A stretch of DNA of 64,000 bases from a virus, in IMG/VR virus record IMGVR_UViG_3300026512_000006, positions 1 to 64,000 of that record. One strand, written 5' to 3'. The notes under the pieces are model-generated. The model was not told the DNA's origin and made no database searches. It was given only the letters and a program-made list of their open reading frames with translations. Position 1 is the first letter of the stretch. The number at the start of each line of letters is the position of its first letter. The position numbers and the translations under genes are program-made. Positions 52,574 through 61,403 of the stretch are shown here, one piece after another.

Positions 52574-54864
52574 TGGGAGGGCATACACTAGTAGGTAAAA
52601 TATTTAATGCTATACTAGACCCTATAGATGCCTTATTAGACAGCATATTCGGTAGTACAGAAACTATGGTCGACGTCCAAATAACTAATTTACTTACTCC
52701 TGGGGAAGCAGATAACAGGGCTAGAAGACAAAGTATTAGGAACTCTCATGGAGAACTATCCGTTTACGGATCTCAATATAGAGCATTTCAAAGAAACTAC
52801 AGACAGAAGTACAGTGCTAAATTTTTAACTAATCTTGGATACCTACCGTCAGATACTGCAACTACAAGGGTTCTAGATCCTGTAGCAGTTAAAGACTATG
52901 TAGCTACATATGACGACGCTATTGTCGGCGTATCCCAAACATTTATTAAGTATATGTCCGAGGAAGAAGCTGCATGGGACTGGATGGAAGATAATATAGG
53001 ATGGAGTAATGCTAATAATATAGCTATTAATGATGATAAGACATGGATAGATCTAGTAGTTACTAATGATTCTACAGATATTACTATGGATTTTACTAGG
53101 GAGCCTGAAGAAACTATATATGATAATTTAACTACTAATTATTCATATGATGCAGAAGAACGTACTGTCGAACTGTTTACTGGTCCAAATACTTATGATG
53201 TAACAGGCACGACAGATAGTGGTACTACAAATATAAGAGTGACTATTGATGATACTGAATTTTATAATGAAGATATAGACGAACTTACAGATTATGTTAT
53301 TACTACACCGTTAGAAGAGCCAGGCAGTTACACTATAAAAGTATATGAAACTGCTGACGACACAGAATCTCTTACATCAGAGACTACAATTGATATCATT
53401 GCTACTGCAGAACTGTATGATGTACCAGCATTGGATACTACAGATCTAGACGGTTTCTACAGGACTATAGTAGTGTTGCAAAGTGACGATACAACTTCAG
53501 TTAATATAGATACTTCTGTAGAGACAGCGTCTTGGGATATACCATCCTCTACTATAGAAAATGAAAAAATGATTGTAATGTATGATAGAGGAGAAACCGA
53601 ATGGTATTACTACTCGGAAGATTTGAGTACTGTTCCTGATTCTTTGTATACATTAGCTGCTGTAGATATAACCGCAATTATTCCTCTCAAAGAAGATAAC
53701 CATATTTTTAATGAGAATAGAAAAATGGAACGAATGTTAGATAAATTAAATATAACAAGAGCTTCACTGTTGCCTACATTACATAACGGGGATATAGACT
53801 CGGCCTACTTAATGACTGGGATTTATCCTCACACACAAAGTCAGGCAGGGATCAAAGCAATATTTAATATATTTGATTTAATGCTTGAAGGTAGTGGAGA
53901 TGTTAGTATAGCTATGAGTAAGCTGAGTATGGTATACGCATTTACTATAGGTAAGTCTACCGTAAATGCTAAAGTGTTAAAAACGGGTACTTATAGTAAC
54001 TCTACATCTAATGGTGTTAAGACTCTGATTTATCAAGCAACTTCTACACAGTATAAAAAAATAGTTATTAGCAACTACTCCCATACTTACACAATTAGTG
54101 GGCAAACTATTAGTGCAACTTTCAGTGATGCTAAAGATATCTCTAGAATGGTCTTACCGCTTACTGTATTAAACGGACTAGTGTATAAAGATTTTGTAGC
54201 AGTGTATGAGGATAGCTTAAGCTTGTTAGCATACTCTGTTGAGGTAGTAGAGATATCTTGGGAAGAGAGCGCTGCTTTTTCTGTTATATTAAAGATAGCG
54301 GCAGTAGTGGTAGCAGTATGGTCATTGGGTACGGCAATACAAGTATCTTATGCTTTATGGACTGCAGGAGCATACCTATCATTGGCTATATATGTAGCAA
54401 CTACGATAGCAATAGGTATTGTAGTAAGTATAGGCGTTACTTTAGCTATGGATTTTCTTGTCAATACTCTTGGGCTTGATCCTTCTATAGCTGCACTAGT
54501 TGCAATGGCAGCTGCCTACGCAGGTGCTAAGTTTGCAAATATATCCTTTGGAAAGGAACAGTGGCTACAATTAGCTAATACTATTGTTGAAGAGGGTTCT
54601 GATATAACTAGTGAGCAAACACTAGCAGTACTTAGGGAAAGTGAAGAGTACTCCAAGGAGATGCAAGAAAAGAATGAAAGTATAATGGAGCTACTGCAAG
54701 CATTTGATACTGGTGTAGTAGGAATGTTTAATATGAGTCTTACTAAGGAGTACTCTCCCTATCAAATAGCTGAAGTTTATGTTGATAGTAAAGTAAATAT
54801 TACCGATTTAGAGATGTTGCTAGATGTCAATGGGGTTGTTCGCAGTAAATTAGAATTAGAGTAA
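52573..54864 (+). CDS. large virion protein with C-terminal cluster of transmembrane helices (763 aa)
   Basis: ORF track; ~110 aa of hydrophobic helices (AAFSVILKIAAVVVAVW...AMAAAYAGAKFA). Confidence 0.6.
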   Translation: MGGHTLVGKIFNAILDPIDALLDSIFGSTETMVDVQITNLLTPGEADNRARRQSIRNSHGELSVYGSQYRAFQRNYRQKYSAKFLTNLGYLPSDTATTRVLDPVAVKDYVATYDDAIVGVSQTFIKYMSEEEAAWDWMEDNIGWSNANNIAINDDKTWIDLVVTNDSTDITMDFTREPEETIYDNLTTNYSYDAEERTVELFTGPNTYDVTGTTDSGTTNIRVTIDDTEFYNEDIDELTDYVITTPLEEPGSYTIKVYETADDTESLTSETTIDIIATAELYDVPALDTTDLDGFYRTIVVLQSDDTTSVNIDTSVETASWDIPSSTIENEKMIVMYDRGETEWYYYSEDLSTVPDSLYTLAAVDITAIIPLKEDNHIFNENRKMERMLDKLNITRASLLPTLHNGDIDSAYLMTGIYPHTQSQAGIKAIFNIFDLMLEGSGDVSIAMSKLSMVYAFTIGKSTVNAKVLKTGTYSNSTSNGVKTLIYQATSTQYKKIVISNYSHTYTISGQTISATFSDAKDISRMVLPLTVLNGLVYKDFVAVYEDSLSLLAYSVEVVEISWEESAAFSVILKIAAVVVAVWSLGTAIQVSYALWTAGAYLSLAIYVATTIAIGIVVSIGVTLAMDFLVNTLGLDPSIAALVAMAAAYAGAKFANISFGKEQWLQLANTIVEEGSDITSEQTLAVLRESEEYSKEMQEKNESIMELLQAFDTGVVGMFNMSLTKEYSPYQIAEVYVDSKVNITDLEMLLDVNGVVRSKLELE

Positions 54865-54868
54865 AGTA

Positions 54869-54877
54869 TGGTATAAT
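54869..54877 (+). promoter_or_regulatory. extended -10 promoter TGgTATAAT
   Basis: The 11-mer TATGGTATAAT (54867-54877) recurs exactly at 57370-57380. Confidence 0.5.
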
Positions 54878-54899
54878 ACAAAACTTAAAGAGGTGAAGC

Positions 54900-55079
54900 A
54901 TGGGTAAAAGGCTAATTAACATTGACGAGAAAAATGAAGACACATTTACTAAGTACTGTAAAGGACTTGGAGAGCTGTTAGTAACTAAGAAATGTATTGA
55001 AAAAGGTAAAAAGTCTAAGAATAAGACTACTAAAAAGAGAGCAGTCTTTGCAGACAACGCTAAGAAGTGGAAACACTAA
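54900..55079 (+). CDS. hypothetical Lys-rich protein (59 aa, below track cutoff)
   Basis: Own translation MGKRLINIDEKNEDTFTKYCKGLGELLVTKKCIEKGKKSKNKTTKKRAVFADNAKKWKH; GAGGTG SD; the listed antisense ORF 54827-55057 is rejected. Confidence 0.45.
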   Translation: MGKRLINIDEKNEDTFTKYCKGLGELLVTKKCIEKGKKSKNKTTKKRAVFADNAKKWKH

Positions 55080-55100
55080 TTAAATTAGAAAGGAAGTAAC

Positions 55101-55541
55101 ATGGCAGAAACAAGTAATTTATATATGGGGTACACTCCTGAGCAATGGCAGGCTTTTGGAGCTAGTGGCGGTACTGTGAATGATGGTTACCAGATAACTG
55201 GAGGATTAGGCTCTGATATTGGCAAATCATTACAAGGTCAGGGAGGGTTAACTAATGGAGAATTCTCGCTAGGTAATACAGATCCTGGTGGGTTTTCATT
55301 AAAAAGTGTTGGAGGAATAAAAGGGCTCACAGGTATAGGTAAGCTAGGCATAGGTCTAGGGCAGTTGTACTTAGGCGGACAACAACTGGGACTAGCTAAA
55401 GATCAGTTTGCCTATAATAAGATGGCAAAGGATAGAGAATATGCTGCTAATGTTGCTGAGTATAATAACTCATTAGCTAGAACTGCTGCAGTGGATAAGT
55501 TTTACGGAACTCAGTCTGCTGGAACTCCGATAAAGGCTTAA
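55101..55541 (+). CDS. Gly-rich virion-module protein (146 aa)
   Basis: ORF track; AAGGAAG SD. Confidence 0.55.
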   Translation: MAETSNLYMGYTPEQWQAFGASGGTVNDGYQITGGLGSDIGKSLQGQGGLTNGEFSLGNTDPGGFSLKSVGGIKGLTGIGKLGIGLGQLYLGGQQLGLAKDQFAYNKMAKDREYAANVAEYNNSLARTAAVDKFYGTQSAGTPIKA

Positions 55542-55544
55542 TAA

Positions 55545-57362
55545 ATGTCATTAAAAAGTAGAGCTGCTTTTAGTGGCAGTGGAGTTGTAGCACCTAATTT
55601 AGCACCTGCTATGCAAGCATTGAATAACGTTGGCAATATGCTAACTGATTACGAAAAGTCTCAAGCGTTAGCTACACAGCAAGCTATAGCGAATAAAAGA
55701 GCTGATGCTCTGTTAGGCATTCAGCAAGCACAAGAAGGTAGACAACAGTCAGCTTTTGACGAAACTCAAGCTAAGAAACAAGCTATAGCTGCTGCTGCTG
55801 GTTTGCAGACTAATGTGCTTAGTGGGCAACCAGGACAGCAACGCTTTGAAGAAGCTATGACTAGCGCAGTACCTAAGTTCGAGACACCTAAACAGCAGAA
55901 GTTTGATTACTACAAGCAATCAGATGCGATAGCTCAGTTGCCTGCAGAGCAAAGGCAGGCTGCTACAGCTAAGTTACAAGCGGACTACGCTGCTCTTGGG
56001 GATAAAGACTTGATAACTGCTAGAGATAAGTACTTTGAAGATATGGGTACTAAGTACGCTCACGTAAGTGAGGCTAGTAATTTTGATGGGCTAAAAGTCA
56101 ATAAGGCTGATGCTGGTTATAAGAATAGAGTTTACAATGAATTAGTTAAGTCAGGTACAATGACACCGGCAGAGGCAATGCAGCAAGCTACTATACAAGC
56201 ATCGCTGTATGCACCTGCCCCACTTACTAAGGCTCAACAAAAAGATAAAGAAGCTGCTATGAAGAGAGCTGATGAGCAATTGAAGATGGACTTAGATATT
56301 GCTAAGACTGCTACTGAGAAGATGAAAGTCACTGGTGGTAAAAGCTCTACAGGTAGTAAGTCAAGATTTGGTAAATATACAATAGAGAAAGCTGCTGATA
56401 CTTTGAAGCTAGAGGACGGATGGACAGAAGACACAAGACAAAATGCTATAGACGCGGCTGAAAAACTTAGAGTTAAACACGGGCTACCTGAAGGGTTAGT
56501 TGCTGACGCGTTATTTCAAGCTGCAGAAAAAAAAGGCTGGATTAATAAAGACAAGAGTGTAGATAAAGATATTCTTGAAACATACGTATTAAATCTACAG
56601 AAGATTAAAGAGAAAATGGGGGATAACTTTAGCACAAAACTGTATAGTAAGTACGGCCCAGATTACTTAACTAAGGCCGAAGGAGCACTAGAGAAGCATG
56701 CTAAGCAGCTTCAAGCTATCACGGCAGGGTACTCACAAGCAGATGCAGGGGATACTGGACTAGCTACGTTAGAGTCACAATATGGTAGATTAGGACTACC
56801 AGTTAAGGATAATCTTAAGAGCACTAAGGAACCTATAAAAAAGACTAAAGTACCTGTAGAAGATATACCTGAAAAAGACGTCACCGTACCTCCTGTGGTT
56901 ACTCAGGACATATTTAATAAGAAACAAAGCAAAAATGCTATTGATGCTTATAAGAGAAAGAGTTCTTATGATAACATTTCAGAAAGTACAGCTGCCGATG
57001 GATCTCCAATCTATACAGCCACGAGTCACGGTAGGAAAGTAGACGTGACAGACGATGTTATAGAAGAAATGCGGACTAATGAGTATAGAAATGCTGCTAA
57101 GGCTTTTGCTACTAAAAAAGGTGCAAATGGTTTAAAGAATACAACTGAAGATATGCTACAAGAAATATTAGACGAAGAGTACGGCAGACATCCTGCAGGT
57201 ACTAAAGGTTCATACGCTATTGAGAAAGAGCTAGAGCGTAGAGAACTTTTAAAAAGAAAATGGCTTAAAGATAATAATAAACTTATACCAACATCTAGTG
57301 CTGTTAGAGATATTAGCCCTGCAGAGCAGGAAACTCTTAGAAAATATCTGCTAAATAACTAA
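55545..57362 (+). CDS. large virion/internal protein (605 aa)
   Basis: ORF track; Ala/Gln/Lys-rich helical sequence. Confidence 0.6.
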   Translation: MSLKSRAAFSGSGVVAPNLAPAMQALNNVGNMLTDYEKSQALATQQAIANKRADALLGIQQAQEGRQQSAFDETQAKKQAIAAAAGLQTNVLSGQPGQQRFEEAMTSAVPKFETPKQQKFDYYKQSDAIAQLPAEQRQAATAKLQADYAALGDKDLITARDKYFEDMGTKYAHVSEASNFDGLKVNKADAGYKNRVYNELVKSGTMTPAEAMQQATIQASLYAPAPLTKAQQKDKEAAMKRADEQLKMDLDIAKTATEKMKVTGGKSSTGSKSRFGKYTIEKAADTLKLEDGWTEDTRQNAIDAAEKLRVKHGLPEGLVADALFQAAEKKGWINKDKSVDKDILETYVLNLQKIKEKMGDNFSTKLYSKYGPDYLTKAEGALEKHAKQLQAITAGYSQADAGDTGLATLESQYGRLGLPVKDNLKSTKEPIKKTKVPVEDIPEKDVTVPPVVTQDIFNKKQSKNAIDAYKRKSSYDNISESTAADGSPIYTATSHGRKVDVTDDVIEEMRTNEYRNAAKAFATKKGANGLKNTTEDMLQEILDEEYGRHPAGTKGSYAIEKELERRELLKRKWLKDNNKLIPTSSAVRDISPAEQETLRKYLLNN

Positions 57363-57371
57363 AATAACTTA

Positions 57372-57380
57372 TGGTATAAT
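57372..57380 (+). promoter_or_regulatory. extended -10 promoter TGgTATAAT
   Basis: Ends 29 nt upstream of the ATG at 57410; second copy of TATGGTATAAT. Confidence 0.5.
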
Positions 57381-57409
57381 GCCCTTAATAATTTAAAAGG
57401 ACATTATCC

Positions 57410-60400
57410 ATGCCAAGAACTGATGCATTCGGTAACATAATACCAGAACCGACTATCAATATCTCCGATAGTTGGTCGTTCCTCAATACCCCTACAATAC
57501 AAGATACAAAACAAGCAAGATTACAGCAACGTACAGCAGAAAAGCAAGCTAAATTATCAATGGCTAAAGATACTTTGCTTGGTATGAATGATGCAGATAC
57601 AGTAGTTACCAGTAACTTAGGAACAGTACGTACTAGTACTCCAGCTGCAGGTTATAACTATGATGCTATCGAGTCTGACCATATTACTAGGGTACTTGGC
57701 CGTGATGGTAAGTACGTAGAAGCTCCAACAGCAGACCCTTTAGAAGAGATACAAGCTAGTAGGTATAAGCAACGAGTTCAGCCAGATGCTGTAGCTAGAG
57801 TGCTGGGCAAGCCTGTAAATGAGCTTACTAAGCAAGATTACATAGATGTTGCTAATCAACAACAAATACAAGCTTTAGCTGATATGGCTAATGGCAACAA
57901 TGATTGGAAAGCCCCATTGATTCATGGTGTAACTAGCACTAATCTTACAGGTAAGTATGTGGATGAGTTTGGTAATAAAGTTGATGCACCTTTAAATGTC
58001 CCAATTACTAGTGCAGCCTTTGGTAAAGGTGCGTACGGGCGTACAGTAGCTTCTCTCGGAAGTGCGGATGGAACTAACACTACAGCGTTGGAAGTTAATG
58101 ATCCAACACAAAATGCTTATACTAATATACCTAGTACTAAATCTAGTGGTCAAATGACTCCCGAGGAATATGCTAAGGCAGTTACAGCCGGTATAAAAGA
58201 TACCCCAAGGAGTGACTCAAGTTGGTATTCTGATCTTATAAGTGGGATTGTTAAAGGTTTTACGTCTGGAGAGATGGAAACTGCTAATCTAGTAGAGGAC
58301 TTAGGCAGAGCGGCAGTAGGGGCTAAAGGTGAGGGGCTGCTTACTAATGAGGCTATAGATAAAGCAAGTACAGAGATAGCTAACAAGTTCGGATATGATG
58401 AAGCTGCTGTGAGAGCTGATATGATAAAACAGAAAAAGCTAGCCAATGAAGCATTTAAAGACACATATAATCCTGTAGAATGGGATTATGATAAGATACT
58501 AGATTTAGTAGGGCATTCGTTTAGCTCATTTTCAATGACAGGTAATTCAGTAGGTGCTATGTTAGCAGCTGTAGCCGGCGGAGGCGGAGTAAAACTAGTT
58601 GCTAAAGGTCTCAGTAAAGCAGTACTAAAGAAGACTACACAAGAAGCTATTAAAAAATCTGCAGAGAGTAGAGCAATAATAGAGGCAGCAAAAGCTAAGT
58701 TAAAAGATAAAGCAGTTAGCGGTGCCGATAAGTTTGCGCTTAAAAAAGAGATAGTTAAAAACAGAAAGAATTTAGTAGCTACTGAAGCTGCTTTTAAAGC
58801 TGCTAAAGAAATGGCTACACCAGTAGCATATGGTATGGCAATTACTGAACAAGATTTAGCAGAGTTAAGAAAGAATGGGGAAGAGATTACTCCTCAAAGA
58901 ATAATATCGGCTACTATTGCTAATACACTGGCTATAGCAGTTCCAGAACTAGCTGTGGCTAAGTTCCAATTAGGGTTTGCAGTTGATGCGACCGGTAAAG
59001 TATTAAAGGGCGATACACTTAAGAAGAGAGCAGCTGACGCGTTTAAAGGAGCAGTAACTGCCTATGGCACTAGTGTAGGGTTTGAAGTGCCTCAGGAAAT
59101 GTTACAGCAGGGAGTGCAAGCACTAAATCAGAAATGGGGTACAAAAGAGTATGAAGGAAAGTCGCCATTAGATATAGTAAAAGAAGAGGCCAGTAATGTG
59201 CTTAGTGCTGGTGTAGCAGCTGTAGGGATGAGTTCACATATGATGGCTCCCGGTGTTGCTATTAAAACAGCTAAGATACCATTTGGTGCTAAATTGAATG
59301 ATAAGTTTAAACCAAAAGATAAAGATACCCAAGTAGATATAGCTGAAGAGACTATAAAAGCTAACCCTAGTGTGAGTCCAGAAGCTATTAAGAAAGTATC
59401 CGAAAAGATGGTTAAGGTTGAAGGAGATTCGCTAGCAACACCTACTGACGCTGACTTGAAGTCTACTCCGATAGCTCCTACTGAGGTTAATAAGGAGGCA
59501 CATGCAGCTGTGGCTAAGCAATTGCATGATAATGAAGGTGGTGTAGCAACTGTTGAAGAAATAACTCCTGTAAGTAAAGAGAAAGAAGACGCATTGAATG
59601 GCTCACTAAAGCAATTTGACAGTGTATATGAAGATGCATTAGGACGCCTTACTAAACCTGTTGCAGATATTACTAAAGCTAATACTATACGAGAGGAAGC
59701 TGGACTACCAATTGATGAAGCTAAGAATAAGCAGTATACAGAAGCTGTTGCTAGAGGGTCTAAGGATTTCTTAGGCTATATCATAAAAGCTAAAGATGAG
59801 GCTATTAAGCAAGGTGCTGGGCCTAATCAGATAGCAGCTATGGATGCTAAGATAGAGAGACTTGTACCTTTAGCTACAGCGTCTAATGCTAAAGAGCTTC
59901 ACGCTATATTAACAGATGATAAGGTTACTAATTCAGAGAAAGTAATGAATATACTTGGTAGTTCAGCTGCGTCACTAGAGGATGTAGAGAGTGCTATTAA
60001 GCTTGAGGGCATATCTGAGAATGAGAAGAAACTACTTAAGTACAAAGCTAACGCATTAAAGAACTATAAGGAAGTTGCTGGTGAGAAGTTACTAGGAGGT
60101 GGTAGTAAACCTGGAGCGTTACAGTGGGCTGCAATGTTAGTAGAGGGTATAAAAGATAAGAAAGCTTTAGAGAATCTAAATGACTTTATTGGAGGGCAGT
60201 ACGATAAGGTAAAAGCTTTTCAGAATGAAGTATCTAGATGGGATAGAGAGAACAAGATGCCTTGGACTATTGACGGGCATAAAGATGCAAGTAAGTATTC
60301 TGAAGACCCTAAGGCTATGAAAGATACTAAAAGACTATATAGGAGTGAGTATCTTAAAGACCATAAGTCAGCAGATGATGCAATAGTCAGATACGGTAAT

Positions 60401-61402
60401 ACGACTATAAGAGGTATCGCTAGTATAGACGCATTGCTAGATACCCTTAAAACTGAACATAAGAGTATGCAAGATTTAAGAGAGTTAGCTGATAGTTTTG
60501 GTAAGCCAGAAGATGGGTTCCCTGCGGGCAAGACTGAGAAGATTACCGAGGCAGATACTACTGAAAAACCTAGTGATACTAATACACAAGTAGACAGTAT
60601 TAAAGAGGAAGTTGTTACCGAGACTGCTAAGCCTAAAGAGGTGTCACCAGAAGCACAGAAACCTACGGAGAAGGCAAAGAAAGAAGTTAAAGGTAAAAGT
60701 ACTAAGGAAGAGCCTAAGAGAGCTCCTAGAGTAGCTAAGGAGGCTGTAGCACCTACTAATGGTGATGGAGTTATACTAGAGAATCTTAAACCTTCTGACC
60801 AGAAATGGATTAAGGCTTTTAGAAATAAAATAGCTATATATGCTAATATTACTGAAGCAAGTAAACGAAAGTTTATAAAATTAAAGGAAGAGTCTAAGAA
60901 GCCTTATAAGAAGAAGATTAATAGACGAGCAGAGGAAGTGAAAGCAGCATCTGAAATACCTATTGGAGGATCTGAGGATGCAAAAAATACAGCTGTAAAA
61001 ACTGCAATGAAAAAAGATATTACTAAATCAAAGTATGAAAAATATACTAAAGAAGATATAGCTGAAGAGTCTGAAATATTTGAAAGAGAGTATGCTAGAG
61101 TTGTAAAGAAATTAGAAGCTTTTACTACAGAAAAAGAGCTTGCTGGTACTATTAAAGTTTTTAAAGATATAGATGGGCTAGTTGGCGAAGATCTATTAGC
61201 AGCATTAGTTGAAGAGCTAGTCAAGTTAGAAAGTAATGAAGTTGTAGTTAATCCTGTAATAGAAAAGACTACATCCGTTAAAATTGATACTATGAAAGCT
61301 TTAACTAACAAAAGAGAAGTTATAATAAATAAATTAAAAACAGCACCAGCAGGTATTCGTAAGATAATTATGGATAACCTTAGTAAGTGTAGTGGAGTAT
61401 AG
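57410..61402 (+). CDS. giant virion/internal (ejection-type) protein (1330 aa)
   Basis: ORF track; no TGA/TAG/TAA over 4 kb; lies immediately upstream of the virion RNAP gene. Confidence 0.65.
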   Translation: MPRTDAFGNIIPEPTINISDSWSFLNTPTIQDTKQARLQQRTAEKQAKLSMAKDTLLGMNDADTVVTSNLGTVRTSTPAAGYNYDAIESDHITRVLGRDGKYVEAPTADPLEEIQASRYKQRVQPDAVARVLGKPVNELTKQDYIDVANQQQIQALADMANGNNDWKAPLIHGVTSTNLTGKYVDEFGNKVDAPLNVPITSAAFGKGAYGRTVASLGSADGTNTTALEVNDPTQNAYTNIPSTKSSGQMTPEEYAKAVTAGIKDTPRSDSSWYSDLISGIVKGFTSGEMETANLVEDLGRAAVGAKGEGLLTNEAIDKASTEIANKFGYDEAAVRADMIKQKKLANEAFKDTYNPVEWDYDKILDLVGHSFSSFSMTGNSVGAMLAAVAGGGGVKLVAKGLSKAVLKKTTQEAIKKSAESRAIIEAAKAKLKDKAVSGADKFALKKEIVKNRKNLVATEAAFKAAKEMATPVAYGMAITEQDLAELRKNGEEITPQRIISATIANTLAIAVPELAVAKFQLGFAVDATGKVLKGDTLKKRAADAFKGAVTAYGTSVGFEVPQEMLQQGVQALNQKWGTKEYEGKSPLDIVKEEASNVLSAGVAAVGMSSHMMAPGVAIKTAKIPFGAKLNDKFKPKDKDTQVDIAEETIKANPSVSPEAIKKVSEKMVKVEGDSLATPTDADLKSTPIAPTEVNKEAHAAVAKQLHDNEGGVATVEEITPVSKEKEDALNGSLKQFDSVYEDALGRLTKPVADITKANTIREEAGLPIDEAKNKQYTEAVARGSKDFLGYIIKAKDEAIKQGAGPNQIAAMDAKIERLVPLATASNAKELHAILTDDKVTNSEKVMNILGSSAASLEDVESAIKLEGISENEKKLLKYKANALKNYKEVAGEKLLGGGSKPGALQWAAMLVEGIKDKKALENLNDFIGGQYDKVKAFQNEVSRWDRENKMPWTIDGHKDASKYSEDPKAMKDTKRLYRSEYLKDHKSADDAIVRYGNTTIRGIASIDALLDTLKTEHKSMQDLRELADSFGKPEDGFPAGKTEKITEADTTEKPSDTNTQVDSIKEEVVTETAKPKEVSPEAQKPTEKAKKEVKGKSTKEEPKRAPRVAKEAVAPTNGDGVILENLKPSDQKWIKAFRNKIAIYANITEASKRKFIKLKEESKKPYKKKINRRAEEVKAASEIPIGGSEDAKNTAVKTAMKKDITKSKYEKYTKEDIAEESEIFEREYARVVKKLEAFTTEKELAGTIKVFKDIDGLVGEDLLAALVEELVKLESNEVVVNPVIEKTTSVKIDTMKALTNKREVIINKLKTAPAGIRKIIMDNLSKCSGV

Positions 61403-61403
61403 A

